In this document: positions 1 through 14,191 of the stretch, piece by piece
Position numbering within the stretch: the first letter of the stretch is position 1
Layout: each line of letters begins with the position of its first letter
Origin: Octopus sinensis
Taxonomy: Eukaryota
NCBI RefSeq assembly: GCF_006345805.1
Contig: NC_043000.1
Location: 84,630,001 to 84,694,000 of the forward strand
Length of the DNA stretch: 64,000 nt
Reading direction: 5' to 3'
Position numbers and translations under genes: made by a program
The notes under the pieces: generated by a model
Databases searched by the model: none
Told to the model about the DNA's origin: nothing
What the model saw: the letters and a program-made list of their open reading frames with translations, nothing else

Positions 1-944
1 GTTTGCATAGGTGTGTGTGTGTGTGCGCGCTCGCACGCACACACACATATATACAAACACACATATTCTACATGTATAAATACACACACACATATGTATA
101 CATATATACGTATATATATATATATATAGAGAGAGAGAGGGGGGAGAGAGAGAAAAATATATAGGTATGTACATATGAATGATTCTATTTATATGTATAT
201 ATGAATAGAATATTGATTATTTTCATATTTACTAACCTCTCTGCTAATGACAATGCCCAAAAGAAATATTTTCGTTATTATTGCAAAATATTCAAAATTA
301 AAATTATCATAACACCTAACTTTCTTAAGTTAGCTTTAAATTCCATTTTTAACGTTAACTACGGTAGTCCGAGTAGCTTTGTAAGGTCTTTTACAATCCA
401 GAATCGAGTTATCTTGACTGTGTCCATATATCACCAGTTTCTACACTGTTGAGTATAATTCTTCAATGATTCTCTTTATATGTATTCCAATATATATTCC
501 ATGTCCTGTTCTGAACTAATCAGGTTTTCAGTCGAATGTCTAGAGAAATACATGGACACGAATCATGTATCAGCGGAACTGCAAAGAGAACCGGATACGA
601 TTGCTGGAAATCATGGGAGCCCGATTGCATTAGATCTTGAACGAAGCTGTTTGAGTGAAACTGGGAGAATGGAAACTGTGTGGAACCCCGTTGGATGGAT
701 TGCACAAGAAATTTAAAGGCTCAAACTCGTTACACATTATCATACTGACTTTACTTGAAAATTAATTAAGAGAAAAAATTTAACTGAAAGGTTGAGTCAG
801 AATAAATCTGTCAATAGTTGTGTTGCAGTAACTCTCTTGATAGAGCTTGGTGACCCTGACCGCTGAAAGACGTTGGATGAAGCCTGAACTTGCGTGATAA
901 GAATACATTTGAGTGTTTTTTTTTTATCATTTAACCTATCAGCC

Positions 945-1225
945 ATCGTATGAGAACTTTCGTCCAATATCAGACATCATCAAAGAGCGTAAAGTCAGAT
1001 TCGCAGGGCATTGCTGAATCGCTAAAGACGAAATTGTTAGTGAAGTTCTTTTTGCTGGAACTTACTCAGGGAAGAGCTAACAGAAGAGGACAAACCAAGA
1101 CCTATATCAAAGTAGATTTGTGACTACATAAATTACAATTCCTCTGACCTGCCGAATATGATGAACAATAAAACTGGACGGCGACTGAATCACGGGAATC
1201 GGTGCAAGCATTAAGTGTACCCGTG
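945..1225 (+). mobile_element. Degenerate RTE-type LINE 3' coding remnant
   Basis: Translates as YENFRPISDIIKERKVRFAGHC*IAKDEIVSEVL, matching the R.RFAGHC motif of RTE-like ORF2 C-termini; has a stop and a frameshift. Confidence 0.6.
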
Positions 1226-2110
1226 TCTGTGGAATACTCAACCAATCACATGCTAATGTCGTGAATAGATAGTTCAGTTGATAAGAATCATCAGCGACAG
1301 CGACGAAGAACCACTTACTACATGTATTTCTTTGTGTGCGTTGGCGTGCGTAGGTGTGTATAAGTGTGAACACCTTGTGTGAGTGTTTTATTATTTCGAT
1401 TCCTTCAGCTGTTTGTATGGTGTCTTAGTAAATATTTAAAAAGCAAGTGGACGTCTGCAGAAATGAACTGCCTGCCTCCAGAAAATATAACCTCCACCTA
1501 GAAATCCAAGTAAATAAGCAGATATCGTAAAATAGAAGATAAAATTCCAAGAAGGAAGTTCTACATTCTAGAAGCACAAATATTTCATCTGCCTTCGAAA
1601 TAACCTTGTTCCGTTTATAAGCTAAAACCGCTGTCTTGAAAAAAATCTAATTATAAACTTGAGTAAGCATCAGTTTCCATAGTGATACCTCAGCGCATCT
1701 AGGAAGTCACTACCATTCTAAGTATCTGAAATATCCCTTAATGATTGCCTGTTCCAATATTCAAGCATCTTAACAACCATCACGCACACGCATGAACGCG
1801 CATGTTCCCGCGCGCATACGCATACGCACACACACACACACACACACACGCACACACACACAACACCCACACGCACACACACACACACATGCACGCACAT
1901 TTTCACGCAATTAGTAATGTTATTTCAGACACGGTGCATTAATTAATCAGAAATCATAATCTACTTTCATTTCAGACATCAGTTCCAATCAACACCGTTT
2001 CCTTTCGTAAATAACAGTTCAGTGTTGCCTTTCTCCTTTCTTTCTCTTTATATTCTCCCTTGTTCTTCTTCCTATGCCTCTCCCTCTCCTGACCCTCATC
2101 ACAAATATCT

Positions 2111-2141
<31 letters not shown>

Positions 2142-2847
2142 ATATATATATATACACACACACATACTATATTTCCTCTCCTTTTTCATTTTTCTACTTT
2201 TCTCTCATAACCAGCATTCCAGTTTTTTCAACAAACTCCCTTTTTTTTTTCATTCATCCCTACTCTTCTTCGTTAATGCTCTTCATTTGTCGGTAAACAC
2301 GTTCCATAAATATTAAAATGTTTTCAGAAATAAGCTGATAACGACACCAGCAACACCAACAATACCAACATGAATATTAATGCGGTATCAGTCAAATAAA
2401 TTTCCCTTTGCAGAAGTACAATCCCACATATTGTGTGAGTGGGAAATGTAGTTGAATTGAATCGATATCAATATAATTGTGTATCAAGATGATACTTTTA
2501 CCAACACCACAATGGACACAAGGTTAGATTAAGGCCAACTAGGTTTTAACTCACAACACAGAGGGACGAAGCTGAGTAATTCATCCGGTATCAAAATTAT
2601 ATCCATCATTTTCCCAAACCGAAGAAAACCTCTCATGATCATTTATTCTTTTACTACGTCAGAATCTCGACTCCGAATTTAATACAAAGGTATTTGCTAA
2701 CAGTGTTGTGGCAATCATTGCCGACAAATCACTGAGTTGGTCGTTGTCATTGTCTTTACTTTGGAGCTAAGAAATTTAGTAAATTTGAGTTCAAATGTCT
2801 AAATTAGAAAACCTACAGATATTTAAACATTTAAAATAAAATATCGA

Positions 2848-3720
2848 TTTGAAATTTGGGAACAAGGCCAGCCACTTCGGAGGAGGGTAATAAGTCAGTT
2901 ACATCGACCTCAGTGCTCAACTGAGACTTATTTTATCGACAATCCCCGCCCGAAAGGATGAAAGGCGAAGCCGATACCGGCAGCTTTTGAATTCACACTG
3001 TAAAGACGGACGAAGTACCGCTATGCATTTTGCTCGGTATGCTAACGATTTTGATACCTCAACGCTTTAATAGGAAGAAAATAATGGTTTCAAATTTTGG
3101 CACAAGGCCAGCAGGTTTGGAAGGGCTAAGTTGGTTACATCGACCCCTGTAATCAACTGGCACTTATTTTATCGACCATCGAAAAGATGAAATGCAAAGT
3201 CGACCTCGGATGAAATACTGCTAAGCATCCTGCGTTCTAACGACTGCCAGCTCGTCGCCATTATTTAATATAAAATATCACAGAGGTTAATCTCTGTAGT
3301 AATTGGTCTTGTGCCTAGACAAATAATTCTTTCTACAATAGGTACAAGGCCTGAAATTTTGAGGGAGGGGGTTAGTCAATTGAATCGACTCCAGTGCTTA
3401 ACTGGTACTTATTTTAATGACATCGAAAGGGTGGAAGGCAAAGTCAACCTTGGTGGAATTTGAAATCGGAATGTGATAACAGACAACATGCTTAGCGGCA
3501 TTTTGTCATGTGTGTGCCTAGGCAAATGACAATTCCAGATTTTGGCACAAGGCCAGCAATTTAGGTGTAGGGGTATGTCGATTACGTCGTCCCAGTGCTC
3601 ATCAGGTACTTATTTCATCGATTTCGAAAGGATAAAAGGTAAAGTCGACTTCGGCGAAACTGGAACTCAGAATGTAAAAACGGACGAAATGCCGCTAAGC
3701 AGTTTTTTCCCGCCGCCTTA
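2848..3720 (-). mobile_element. Cluster of ~4 diverged tRNA-derived SINE copies
   Basis: Recurrent ggcacaaggccagc...tcgacccc...gaaaggatgaaaggcaaagtcgacc...aatttgaactcag core, also seen at 26-29 kb and 46-47 kb. Confidence 0.8.
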
Positions 3721-4633
3721 TGCCGAGTCAGATAATATTAGTATTTCCAAACACACATATATACTGCATTCATATACACAAACGTATACATAAATGTATG
3801 TTGTGTATATGTATGTGTGTGTATAACTATATGGTCAGCAACATGAATCTGTGTGCGTGTGTGTGTGTGTGTGTGTGTATGTGTGTGCGTTTGTGTATAA
3901 TTAGGGTGTTGGGCCCACGATCGTCATGATGAGTTCGATTCTAAAGCTGAGCCGCATTTGCCTTTTTGTGCAAGGCACTTCAGTCCACAAAGCGGATAAA
4001 GCCTGAAATGTAATCTTGCGGCGAGAGTGACATCTCGTTCAGGAAGAAATCTTGTACACTCCGTCGTTAATGCACCATGGAAACTGGAATAAGCTCTGCG
4101 AAACAAGCTTGTAGACTCGAGACATACTTAAACTAGTGAGAGAAAAATAGACAGGGAGTAAGAGACAAACAGACAGTCTGACAGACAGGCAAACAGAACT
4201 AGATGCACATGCACACATACACACACATGCATACATACATACATACATACATACATACATACATACATACATACATACATACATACATACATACATACAA
4301 ACATACATACGTACATACATGCATTCATACATTTATTGCAAATTAACTCGGAACTTGCAGGTCTTCTACCCGGATTATGAATTCTCATATGTACCTATAT
4401 TATAGATGCATTAGATTATGTATCCACAAATTTGCACGAAAACCTAGAAATACTCAGTTTCACGGGAAAAGAGCAAAAGAAACAAACGCGGATTCTCCAA
4501 ATCCAATTTATTATTGGCACAGCGCAGATTTCTATAACTTTCCAAATTTCTGCATCTGAGACTCGTATATGAATAGATGCACACACTTGGGCGTATACAT
4601 TGACAGTTCAACCAACACACCAACTCAACCACA

Positions 4634-4667
<34 letters not shown>

Positions 4668-5011
4668 CATACATACATACATACATACATACATACATAC
4701 ATACACACTGAAGTAACTGACCTATTGACACATATCTACACGTACATAATGAAACTTGAAATTTCGAACAAATTCCAATATAATGGGAATCTGCATCATC
4801 TGAATAAAATTTGTAGAAAATTTCATTTAAAAACTTCCATTTTTAAATCAAAAGCCTTGTGAGTGGATTTGGTAGACGGAAACTAAAAGAAGCCCGTCGT
4901 ATATATGAGTCGGGGTTAACCACAGTAAATAAGGTACTCAATACATATCAGAGTAAATTAATTTATTTTATAGAAGGAGCTTCTACACAGGACTAGAACT
5001 GTTTCATTCAA

Positions 5012-5042
<31 letters not shown>

Positions 5043-5156
5043 TATATAAAAGGGCTTAGTAAAATAAATTACTTTGCCGCATACTGAACTCGTTAGAAAT
5101 AGCAAGCTAAAACTTTTTATAAAACTATTTCTAACACTTAAAGAAAACCTCTCTCA

Positions 5157-5256
5157 NNNNNNNNNNNNNNNNNNNNNNNNNNNNNNNNNNNNNNNNNNNN
5201 NNNNNNNNNNNNNNNNNNNNNNNNNNNNNNNNNNNNNNNNNNNNNNNNNNNNNNNN
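5157..5256. other. Assembly gap (100 N)
   Basis: Run of N. Confidence 1.
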
Positions 5257-5630
5257 AACTAAAGACAAGGAAATCTGAGAACCTGTATTTGTTGCATACG
5301 CATTGGATTTCAAATTTTGCAATTCAACTTCAATATTTATACTTCAGCATGTTAGATCAAATGAATGATACTTGTTATGAATACCCTTTCAGCCACCACG
5401 CTTCAGTGAATTAACTACATAATAGTCGATTGGGATGTTATGACAGCGATAGCGTCACAATGCATAAAGAAACCTCCCCCCTAACTTTCCCTCCTTAATC
5501 TGGGTAATAAAACAGCATAACGTATATGAGAGAGAATTCTTGCTGTGTAGCAATACTATGTTCAAAATATGTTTAAAATATATTAATTCGAATACTCTGG
5601 GCATACCTCAATGACATATGCGCGCATATA

Positions 5631-6033
5631 GGCGCAGGAGTGACTGTGTAGTAAGTAGCTTGCTTACTAGCCACATGGTTCCGGGTTCAGCCCCACTGCG
5701 TGGCACCTTGAGCAAGTGTTTTCTACAATAGCCTCGGGCCGACTAAAGCCTTGTGAGTGGATTTGGTAGACGGAAACTGAAAGAAGCCCGTCGTATATAT
5801 GTATATTTATATATATGTATGTATGTGTATTTATGTGTTTGTGTTTGCCCCCCCCCCAACATCGCTTGACAACCGATGGTGGTGTGTTGACGTCCCCGTA
5901 ACTTAGCGGTTCGGCAAAATAGACCGATAGAATAAGTACTAGGCTTACAAAGAATAAGTCCTGCGGTCGATTTGCTCGACAAATGGCGGTGCTTCAGCAT
6001 GGCCACACTCAAATTACTGAAACAAGTAAAAGA
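5631..6033 (+). mobile_element. Full-length tRNA-derived SINE (second family)
   Basis: Pol III A/B-box-like head (gactgtgtagtaag...gggttcagccccac), ccttgagcaagt core, tail ending ctgaaacaagtaaaagag; partial copies at ~4851, 8195, 10255, 30706, 42140, 42875, 50505, 60400. Confidence 0.85.
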
Positions 6034-6612
6034 GTATATGTACATATATGTGTATATGCACACACGTGTGTGTGCGCGCTTATGTGTGTGTGTGTATGTG
6101 TGTACCTCGGAGATGAAAACTAGAGAGTTGTTGATGAACGCATTTGTATAACGTTGGTTCATCTAAACGAGATGTTTAATAAGTTAGAAGATAAGGCGCA
6201 TAAGCTCAGCGGGTAGTTACTGCTATGACTTTCGATCTTCGTGAATGAAGCACTCAATAAAACTTGGCCTTATACATACCGCATTAAAAAAATATGGAAA
6301 AATTTGGCTGAGTTACATATGGGACATCTAAATGTTTCGATAATTATACGCTTTAGCAGATGCTGCTCAACTGAAAACAATTACTCGTTTAGCTAGCTAG
6401 CATCGGCAGCTATTGCAGCAGCAACAAGAACAAAATAGCAGTAACAACAACAGCAACAACGTGCCCAGAAGTAATAGTAGCAACGGCAGCGAGAGCAGCA
6501 ACAACAACAGCATCACCATCAACATGTCCGGCAGTAACAGCAACAGTAGCAGCGATAGCGGTAGCTCCAGCACCAATAACGCAAGACACAAACATAGAAA
6601 TATGTTGCAGTA

Positions 6613-6905
6613 ATGGACGGCACCTTTAAGTTGCGACTAAACAACCACAGGTCCTCTTTTAGCATCCCAGTGAGACGCAGTGCTACACCTTTAGCCAACC
6701 ATATATGTCATTTAAAATATGAGGGAACGTCTACATGGTTAAATGGAAGCTCTTGGAACTGCCTCAACCATACTTCAATAGGATCAGATGATGCTTTGCC
6801 GAGAAAGCAAGGATCCTAAAAAGTCAGCTTGACTCAGAGGCCTTCTTAAATTCTAAAAGTGCAATAGTAAGCCAGTCCACTCATGAGAGAAAATTTATGT
6901 TGAAG
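6613..6905 (+). pseudogene. Penelope-like GIY-YIG endonuclease C-terminal remnant
   Basis: TFKLRLNNHRSSFS...ATPLANHICHLK and downstream LNSKSAIV parallel KLRIAQHMNSF...TGLSKYIWSLK...LLN of the element at 34.5 kb. Confidence 0.6.
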
Positions 6906-7302
6906 ACAGGGAATTCCCTGCTTGCTGACTTGTGAATGGAAATTGTACTGATAGTTTTCGAACACAACTTGAACCGCTCAAAAGGGAGATAGTTTCATCT
7001 CAGTTAGGAGATTTCGCTTCGAAGAATTTCGTTTCAGAGTTTTTTTTTTGTTTTTGTTTTTTTACAACCTTACTAACCAAGGCTGTATTCTTGCCTCCCA
7101 GCTGCCTATATTGCTAAGAGCAACAATAGATATGAAACCAATGATAACTTTCTCGCCACCATAACCAATGCCTACATTAATATATCTATTTGTATGTATG
7201 AATTTATGTATGTATATATGTGTATGTGTGTATATATGTATATATGTATTATGTAATATATATATATATATATATATATAGAAATGTATAAATAGGCATA
7301 CA

Positions 7303-7372
<70 letters not shown>

Positions 7373-7475
7373 AATACACGCATACACACAAATATACACG
7401 CGGTCGCGCACAAACACACACACGCCATACGTACAAGCACAAACTACATACATATATATGTATTATATATATAAT

Positions 7476-7514
<39 letters not shown>

Positions 7515-7518
<4 letters not shown>

Positions 7519-8167
7519 GAAATATTAAAATAACTAAGTCTCTCTAAAAGAGAACAGCGGCAGCGTTCCCGGAAAATAATAGTTATCGCCATACTAATAT
7601 GGCATTCTTATAAAAATAAGAAAAAGCTGTCCGCTTATTAGCTCCATGAGGCCATCGCCTAAGTTAGCTATTTGATACACAAACTGTATCCATATAACCT
7701 TCGAACAAGGGAGGTCAGTCGCTCCACACTACTGACCGGCAGCTACAGACGCGTTCGGGGTATCGCCCCTTTTCAATGCAGCGTAGCCAGCCAGTAGGTG
7801 TCGCTTCCGACAATCTCTGTTCGATGGTTTTATTTACCTAGTTTCGGTGGAATACATCCACTTGTTTTCAAAACAAGTGGATGTATTCCACCGAAACTAG
7901 GTAAATAAAACCATCGAACAGAGATTGTCGGAAGCGACACCTACTGGCTGGCTACGCTGCATTGAAAAGGGGCGATACCCCGAAACGCGTCTGTAGCTGC
8001 CGGTCAAGTAGTGTGGAGCGACTGACCTCCCTTGTTCGAAGGTTATATGGATACAGTTTGTGTATCAAATAGCTAACTTAAGGCGATGGCCTCATGGAGC
8101 TAATAAGCGGACAGCTTTTTTCTTATTTTTATAAGAATGCCATATTAGTATGGCGATAACTATTATT
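7515..8167. mobile_element. PLE-type pseudo-LTR fragment forming a ~590-bp near-perfect palindrome inside (TA)n
   Basis: Arms 7575-7868 and 7870-8167 are reverse complements around a 1-nt centre (7869); each arm has a hammerhead-like motif; TA arrays on both sides. Confidence 0.85.
7956..7997 (+). ncRNA. Minimal type I hammerhead ribozyme, U3-A8 core variant
   Basis: gctgca TTGAAAA gggg-cgata-cccc GAAA c gc GTC tgtagc: 6-bp stem I, 4-bp stem II, palindromic ACGCGT stem III, GUC site; mirror copy at 7742-7782 (-) lacks one A of GAAA. Confidence 0.75.
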
Positions 8168-9039
8168 ATATATATATATATATATACATATATATGACAG
8201 GCGTCTTTCAGTTTCCGTCAACCAAATTCACACAGAAGGTTTTGCTCAGACTGCAGCTATATAATAGGCAGTATTTGCTCAAGGTTCTGTGCAGTGGAAC
8301 TGAACCCCGAACTAAGTGAGTGAGAACAAGACATCGTACCAGACACCCGTGCCAGTGTATTTGTAAATGTATATACATATACATAAAATAGTTTCGTCTA
8401 ATGACGCAATGTAATAAATTCGTAGAATAAGCGCTCGATTTTCGTTTGCCACTAAATCTCCGCTTGAAGTACAACTAAAATAAAGGTGTATATGAAAAGA
8501 TTGCTAGAAGTGGTTCACTGCAGGTAGATATATATTAGAAACAGAGAATGAACAAGTAAAACATGTGGTGTCACTTCAGAGCATTTTACTATATTTACTA
8601 TAACTACTCAGCCCTATGTTTAAGTATAAATTAAATGCTCTAAAGTGATACCACATATTTTGTTTGTCCATTCTCTATTTCTAATATGTACATATATGTC
8701 CACATTCCATGTGTTTGTTTTCGTCTTTGAGACTTGTTCATTTGCTATTCGCCTCGTCCTGGATGTTATTTTGTTTGTATAATGTATAATTATTTTCTTT
8801 CTTGTTCGAATGTTCACTTTCTGTCGTACTTTGTCCTGTTTGTTTGCTCGCTATTTCCCTGCCACTTCTCGTCGCTGATGGCACCAAAGGGGACGAGTAT
8901 TGTCGTTAAAGTTGGGAAATCGTTGTGATCCTTCGGACGATAACTTAAGCGGAGTAAGCGACATTTTATGCGTGCATTTTCCGTTCTGTTTTTTAACACA
9001 CACACACACATACACACAGATACACACACACACGGACAT

Positions 9040-9091
<52 letters not shown>

Positions 9092-9354
9092 CTATCTATC
9101 TGTCTATCTGTGTATATATATATATATATATATACATATATATTATGATATGCTTGCTTCAACGTTTGACTGTGGTCATGCTGGGGCACCACCTCGAGAG
9201 ATTTTAATCGAAAGAATCGACCATAGTACTAGATTGTTAAAGCCTGGTACTTATTCTGATGGTTACTTCCGCCGATCTGCTAAACACACTAACAGTGATT
9301 GTCAAGCTATGGTGGGGAACAAACACAGACACAAACGCACACACTACGCATAAA

Positions 9355-9396
<42 letters not shown>

Positions 9397-9492
9397 CAAA
9401 TACATACATACATACATACATACACACTCACACACACACACACACTCATATATATATATAATCAAAATAAGCAACAAGAATATCCAAAGGTA

Positions 9493-9582
9493 ATGCAGTA
9501 CGATCGTTTCATGCGACTTCATTCAATTAAATAATTCAAGTATTACATCAGTTTTAAAACGTAGAACAATCTTCAGCTTCAT
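9493..9582 (-). ncRNA. Degenerate type I hammerhead with ~50-nt loop II
   Basis: Minus strand atgaag CTGAAGA ttgt...gcat GAAACGATCGTA ctgcat; stem I 5/6 paired, palindromic ACGATCGT stem III; next to (TA)n. Confidence 0.5.
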
Positions 9583-9934
9583 ATGGAATTATCTAGTGAA
9601 ACCGAAAAGATTCATTTTTATACTTATTCCATTTTCCAACATCACAAAGAGCGTAAGTAGATACACAGAGAGACCAGTCACATCAACAGAAACATGGTAG
9701 TAAATGATATTTATTCATGGATACACTACTTATCACTGAATTTACTTTGTTAGTTAGATTTACTATTGGGGAGGGGGTTTGATATTATTCTATTAAGTCT
9801 AGCGGAGATAACACTAAGAATTTATCTTTCATAGATAGAGGAAGAGACAATTTAAGTGGCAGAACCATAAATCAAGCTCTCTTTGAAGAACTTCTAATAC
9901 AGTTGAATGCATTTCAGCTAAAATTAGTAAGGCA

Positions 9935-10228
9935 AAGCTCGCGATCATAAGTTTATGAGTTCAATTCTCGGCGACGCGTTGTGTCCTTGAGCAAGACACT
10001 TTATTTCACGTTGCTTCAGTCCACTCAGCTGGCAAAAATGAGCAGTACCTGTATTTCAAAGAACCGGCCTTGTCACACTTTGTGTCACGCTGAATCTCCT
10101 TGAGAACTACGTTAAGAGTACACGTGTCTGTGGAGTGCTCAGCCACTTGAACGTTAATTTCACGAGTAAGCTGTTCCGTTGATCGTATCAGCTGGGACCC
10201 TCATCGTCGTAACCGACGGAGTGCTCCA
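9935..10228 (+). mobile_element. tRNA-derived SINE (third family)
   Basis: gagttcaattc B-box and gtgtccttgagcaagacactttatttcacgtt core, shared with 20200-20506. Confidence 0.75.
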
Positions 10229-10372
10229 TATATATATATATATACATACATACATACGACGGGCTTCTTTCAGCTTTCGTCTATCAAATCCACACCTAAG
10301 GTGCTATGCAGTGGGACTGAATCCGGAACCATGTGGTTGGGAAGCAAACTTCTTACACATAGCCAGCCTGCG

Positions 10373-10411
<39 letters not shown>

Positions 10412-10779
10412 TATATATGTTTGTGTGTGTGTGTGGTGTGTGTGTGTGTGTGTTGTGTGTGTGTATACATATATATATATACGACGGACCTCTTTCCTTT
10501 TCCATCTGCAATATCTACTCACAAATGTTTTGGGTGGATTGATGTGATAGAAGAAGACACATGCTCAAGATGGGATTGGTTAGAAGGCAAATACTTGCAT
10601 ATAACTATGTTTGAATTAATTGTCATTCAAAATCGAAAAACAATAGCACTATAGAACATATCTAAAGAATTATTAGAATTGAAGTGCATAAAACGTCCCA
10701 TTTATGCATTTTTTTTACACTAGGCCACACGCACATTTCACTGACTGTGTATTTCTCTATCTATTCTGATTTACATGTG

Positions 10780-10832
<53 letters not shown>

Positions 10833-10856
10833 TGTGTGTTGTGTGTGTGTGTGTGT

Positions 10857-10901
<45 letters not shown>

Positions 10902-11587
10902 CTTGTGTGTGTGTGTGTTTCTCTGTGCTTGTGTGTGGCATCGTCTTTCGTTTTGACATTATCTGTATGCCTTTATCTTTCGTTAGTCTATGTATGTGTG
11001 TATGCGTGTATGTACACGAGAGGTTGGATGATAGTCTTTCGTAACATAACAGTTAAAACAATTACATCTCCACACAAATTCGTAAATAATGCATAAAGGA
11101 ATAAAGGACAGAAAGTGAGAGATAGGTGGGAAGAAGGAAATGGCAAGAGAATAAAAAAAAAGACAGAGAGGAAGAAAGAAGACGAGGGTTAAGAGGCAGA
11201 CGTTCAGATTAAAGTAGTAAGGAGTATGAGCCTGGAAAAGTGATGGTTATCACTTTCAATTTAACTCATCATCTCATTTCTATAGGTGAAAGATATTTGC
11301 TAAAAGCTAAAACTAGTATGAAATTCTTACAACAATTTCATATTCATTAATGCCGTTGCTGAAGTAGCTTCATTTTGCTTTCATTACAGTTTTATGCTGT
11401 TTATTGTCTGTATAAGATGGCCTATTACCTGTCTTGAAGATTATTTCATATGAAATATCGACACTTTAATGGCACGCATCAATTTATACGACGCTTGTAT
11501 CTGTTGAGTTGCGTATGTATACATATATGTGCGCGCGCCTGTGTGTGTGTGTGAATATATGTCTATATGTTTATATATGTTTGTGTA

Positions 11588-11633
<46 letters not shown>

Positions 11634-13579
11634 AGTGTGTGTGTTCGTGTATGAGTATGCATGTGTGTATGTATGTATAAGTGTGTGTTAAGCTTCATAC
11701 GAGGGTGTCTAGTTTAGTCTGAATGAGGCTAGCGAATATACTCTACTTAAAGCTCATTTCTCCTCATCCTCGACATCGTCGTCGTCGTTGTTTTCATTAT
11801 TGTCATCATCGTTGTTACTACTACAACTACTACTACCAATACTACTACTACTACTACTACCATGGAAGATACGTAGTACAATCGGTAGTACATTGGAATA
11901 AATGTTTTGAGGCATTTATAACAGCTCTTTACGTTTTGAGTTCAAATCATGCCAAGGTCGACTTCACCTTTTATTTCGCCAAGTTGATGAAAAATGTACC
12001 AGTCAAGTACGCCGGTCGATGGAATAGACTAACCCCTACTTCCAAATTTCAAGCCTTCGATCTATGTTAAACTGTTAAGGTCTTTTGTTTCGGGAATAGT
12101 GATTAGCAAATGGGAGTGAGGTCAAAGTTGTTGCGTGTTTTCTTTGAAAATTTCACACGTTAATTAAAAACGTAAACTGCAAGTACGGAATCTAATATGA
12201 TGAGCAGCTTGAAAGACAGGGGTAAGAAGAAATAGGAGTAGAAAGTATGGGGTAGGTCCTTTCTTATAGAGGGAAAAATCCCTTCACTTTTTAGTAAAAA
12301 TCCCTGCCACCATCACGAGCATTGTTAAAGTGGAAACGATAACAATACTTCTATTAACATTACAACTACCACTAGTCATGTGTCCACCCCTTTTTGTAAG
12401 TTATGCAACGATAAAATGCATACTACTGATAGTACAACTACTACTGATAGTACATGTCATATGGAATCTACACGATCTTAGACATTTTCCCAAGAAAACT
12501 ATTCGGGAATATGCCCGGATTCCTGAATTCAGTTCGAACAAAGAAATATGGGAAACATCCCTGAACAGACACACTTGGTCAGACAACACGTAGCTTTCTG
12601 ATATTGTAGAAGATATCTTGCCTCAATACTAATTATACAGTACCACCAACTACGAAATTGACAAATAAACTAAGAAACAGCATGGACCCAATACTGCAGG
12701 TACAGCAACGGCAACTACAGATGTTGTTGCAATACGACAGCTGCAACAACAGCTTCTGTCACCCATACAAACCCTGGACCCTGGAGAAGAATAGCACTGA
12801 TGTGCCCACACCAGCACCAAAAGAAATGATACGCGTGTACATACATTACCCAGTTTTTTCCCTCCTGTTCCATCGGTATTATTGAGTTCGTCTGCTCATT
12901 ATTCAGTTGCCCAAAGATGTTACCTATGAGTGTTCTCTGCATTTTTCTGCATTGTTCTGCTTTGTCTTCTATATGGATGTTGTGAATTCATTGTATAAAA
13001 TTCCGAGTCTCCTATTTGCATGCTAGGGTTCTTTTGTGACAGCTGGTTGTATTTGATATTCTCAGTTTTTTGCTCGTAAGAAGAAATAAAGAAAACTTAG
13101 CATATGCTTCCTTAAGTACGTTGTTTAGGGACCAGATTTCTGAATGATGGAAGAACGTGTTAGAACAGTTATGCTGCTGTATCGTACAAGTATGTGGGTG
13201 TGATGTCATGTGGCTTCTGTATGTTTTGAGGCTGTGTAGGAAAGTTTTGTAGGTTTACTTTGAGTAACGAGGCTGAGAGACAGGGGGAATTGTAAATTTT
13301 GCTGATGCTTCTATTTATTTGTAGTTTAGGGGAGTAGAATAAGTTAATTTTAGTAATTGAGCTTTGTTCTTTTATTAATATTGGTGCTACATATATCCCC
13401 TTCTAGAATGTGGACTCTTGAAGGGCCTTTTCTAGAAACTTCTAGACTATAAAATATATATTTATTTCTTTTATCAAAATCCAATATCTCTGTTTCCCGT
13501 TTGATTTAGTTTGGGTTTTAGTGGGTTTTATATTATTTTAAAGCTTCCACTGGTTGTTTCCAGGAACTTTTCGACCCCG

Positions 13580-13629
<50 letters not shown>

Positions 13630-13632
13630 ATT

Positions 13633-13668
<36 letters not shown>

Positions 13669-14191
13669 TACTACTACTACTACTACTACTACTGTGAACT
13701 GAAATCCATGTTTCCGACATTTTATTATGCTATTAATCGGCTGAGATTTGGGAGCTATTTATTGTGAGTAGATTTTGAGAGAGGAGAAACTGGTCAAAAT
13801 GTTTAATGTGATGAATGAGAAGTAAGAAACAGGGGGAGATTGATAAGATAAGAAGGATGGAAGAAGAGTTCAATGGGAAAGGATATCAGTTCAGCAAGCT
13901 GTACAACTGCAGGCATTTGTAATTGCAAAAATCGAGACAAAGTAAAAAGAGAGAAAAAGAGAGAGATATGAATGTGAGATGGTGTTTGAGAACTGTTGGT
14001 GAACGTACCACTAAAGTAGAGGTCCTTGCTTAGAATGTGGTTTGCCGTAACTCACATAACAGTAACGTGTCTATGTAGGTATGTGTGACTGTGTGTGTTT
14101 ATGGTTGTGTATATTGTCAATTTGCCTGTATTGGTTGTTGTTATTTTTGTTGTTGTTATTTTTGTTGATGTTTTTGTTATTGTTATTGCTT

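Noticed and set aside
480-716. 78-aa ORF with natural-looking composition as a terminal exon
   Set aside because: No recognisable motif and a weak splice acceptor; cannot be supported without transcripts
4905-5156. TA-embedded fragments with a minus-strand GAAAC...GTC resembling a hammerhead 3' half
   Set aside because: Truncated by (TA)n and the gap; no CUGANGA strand visible
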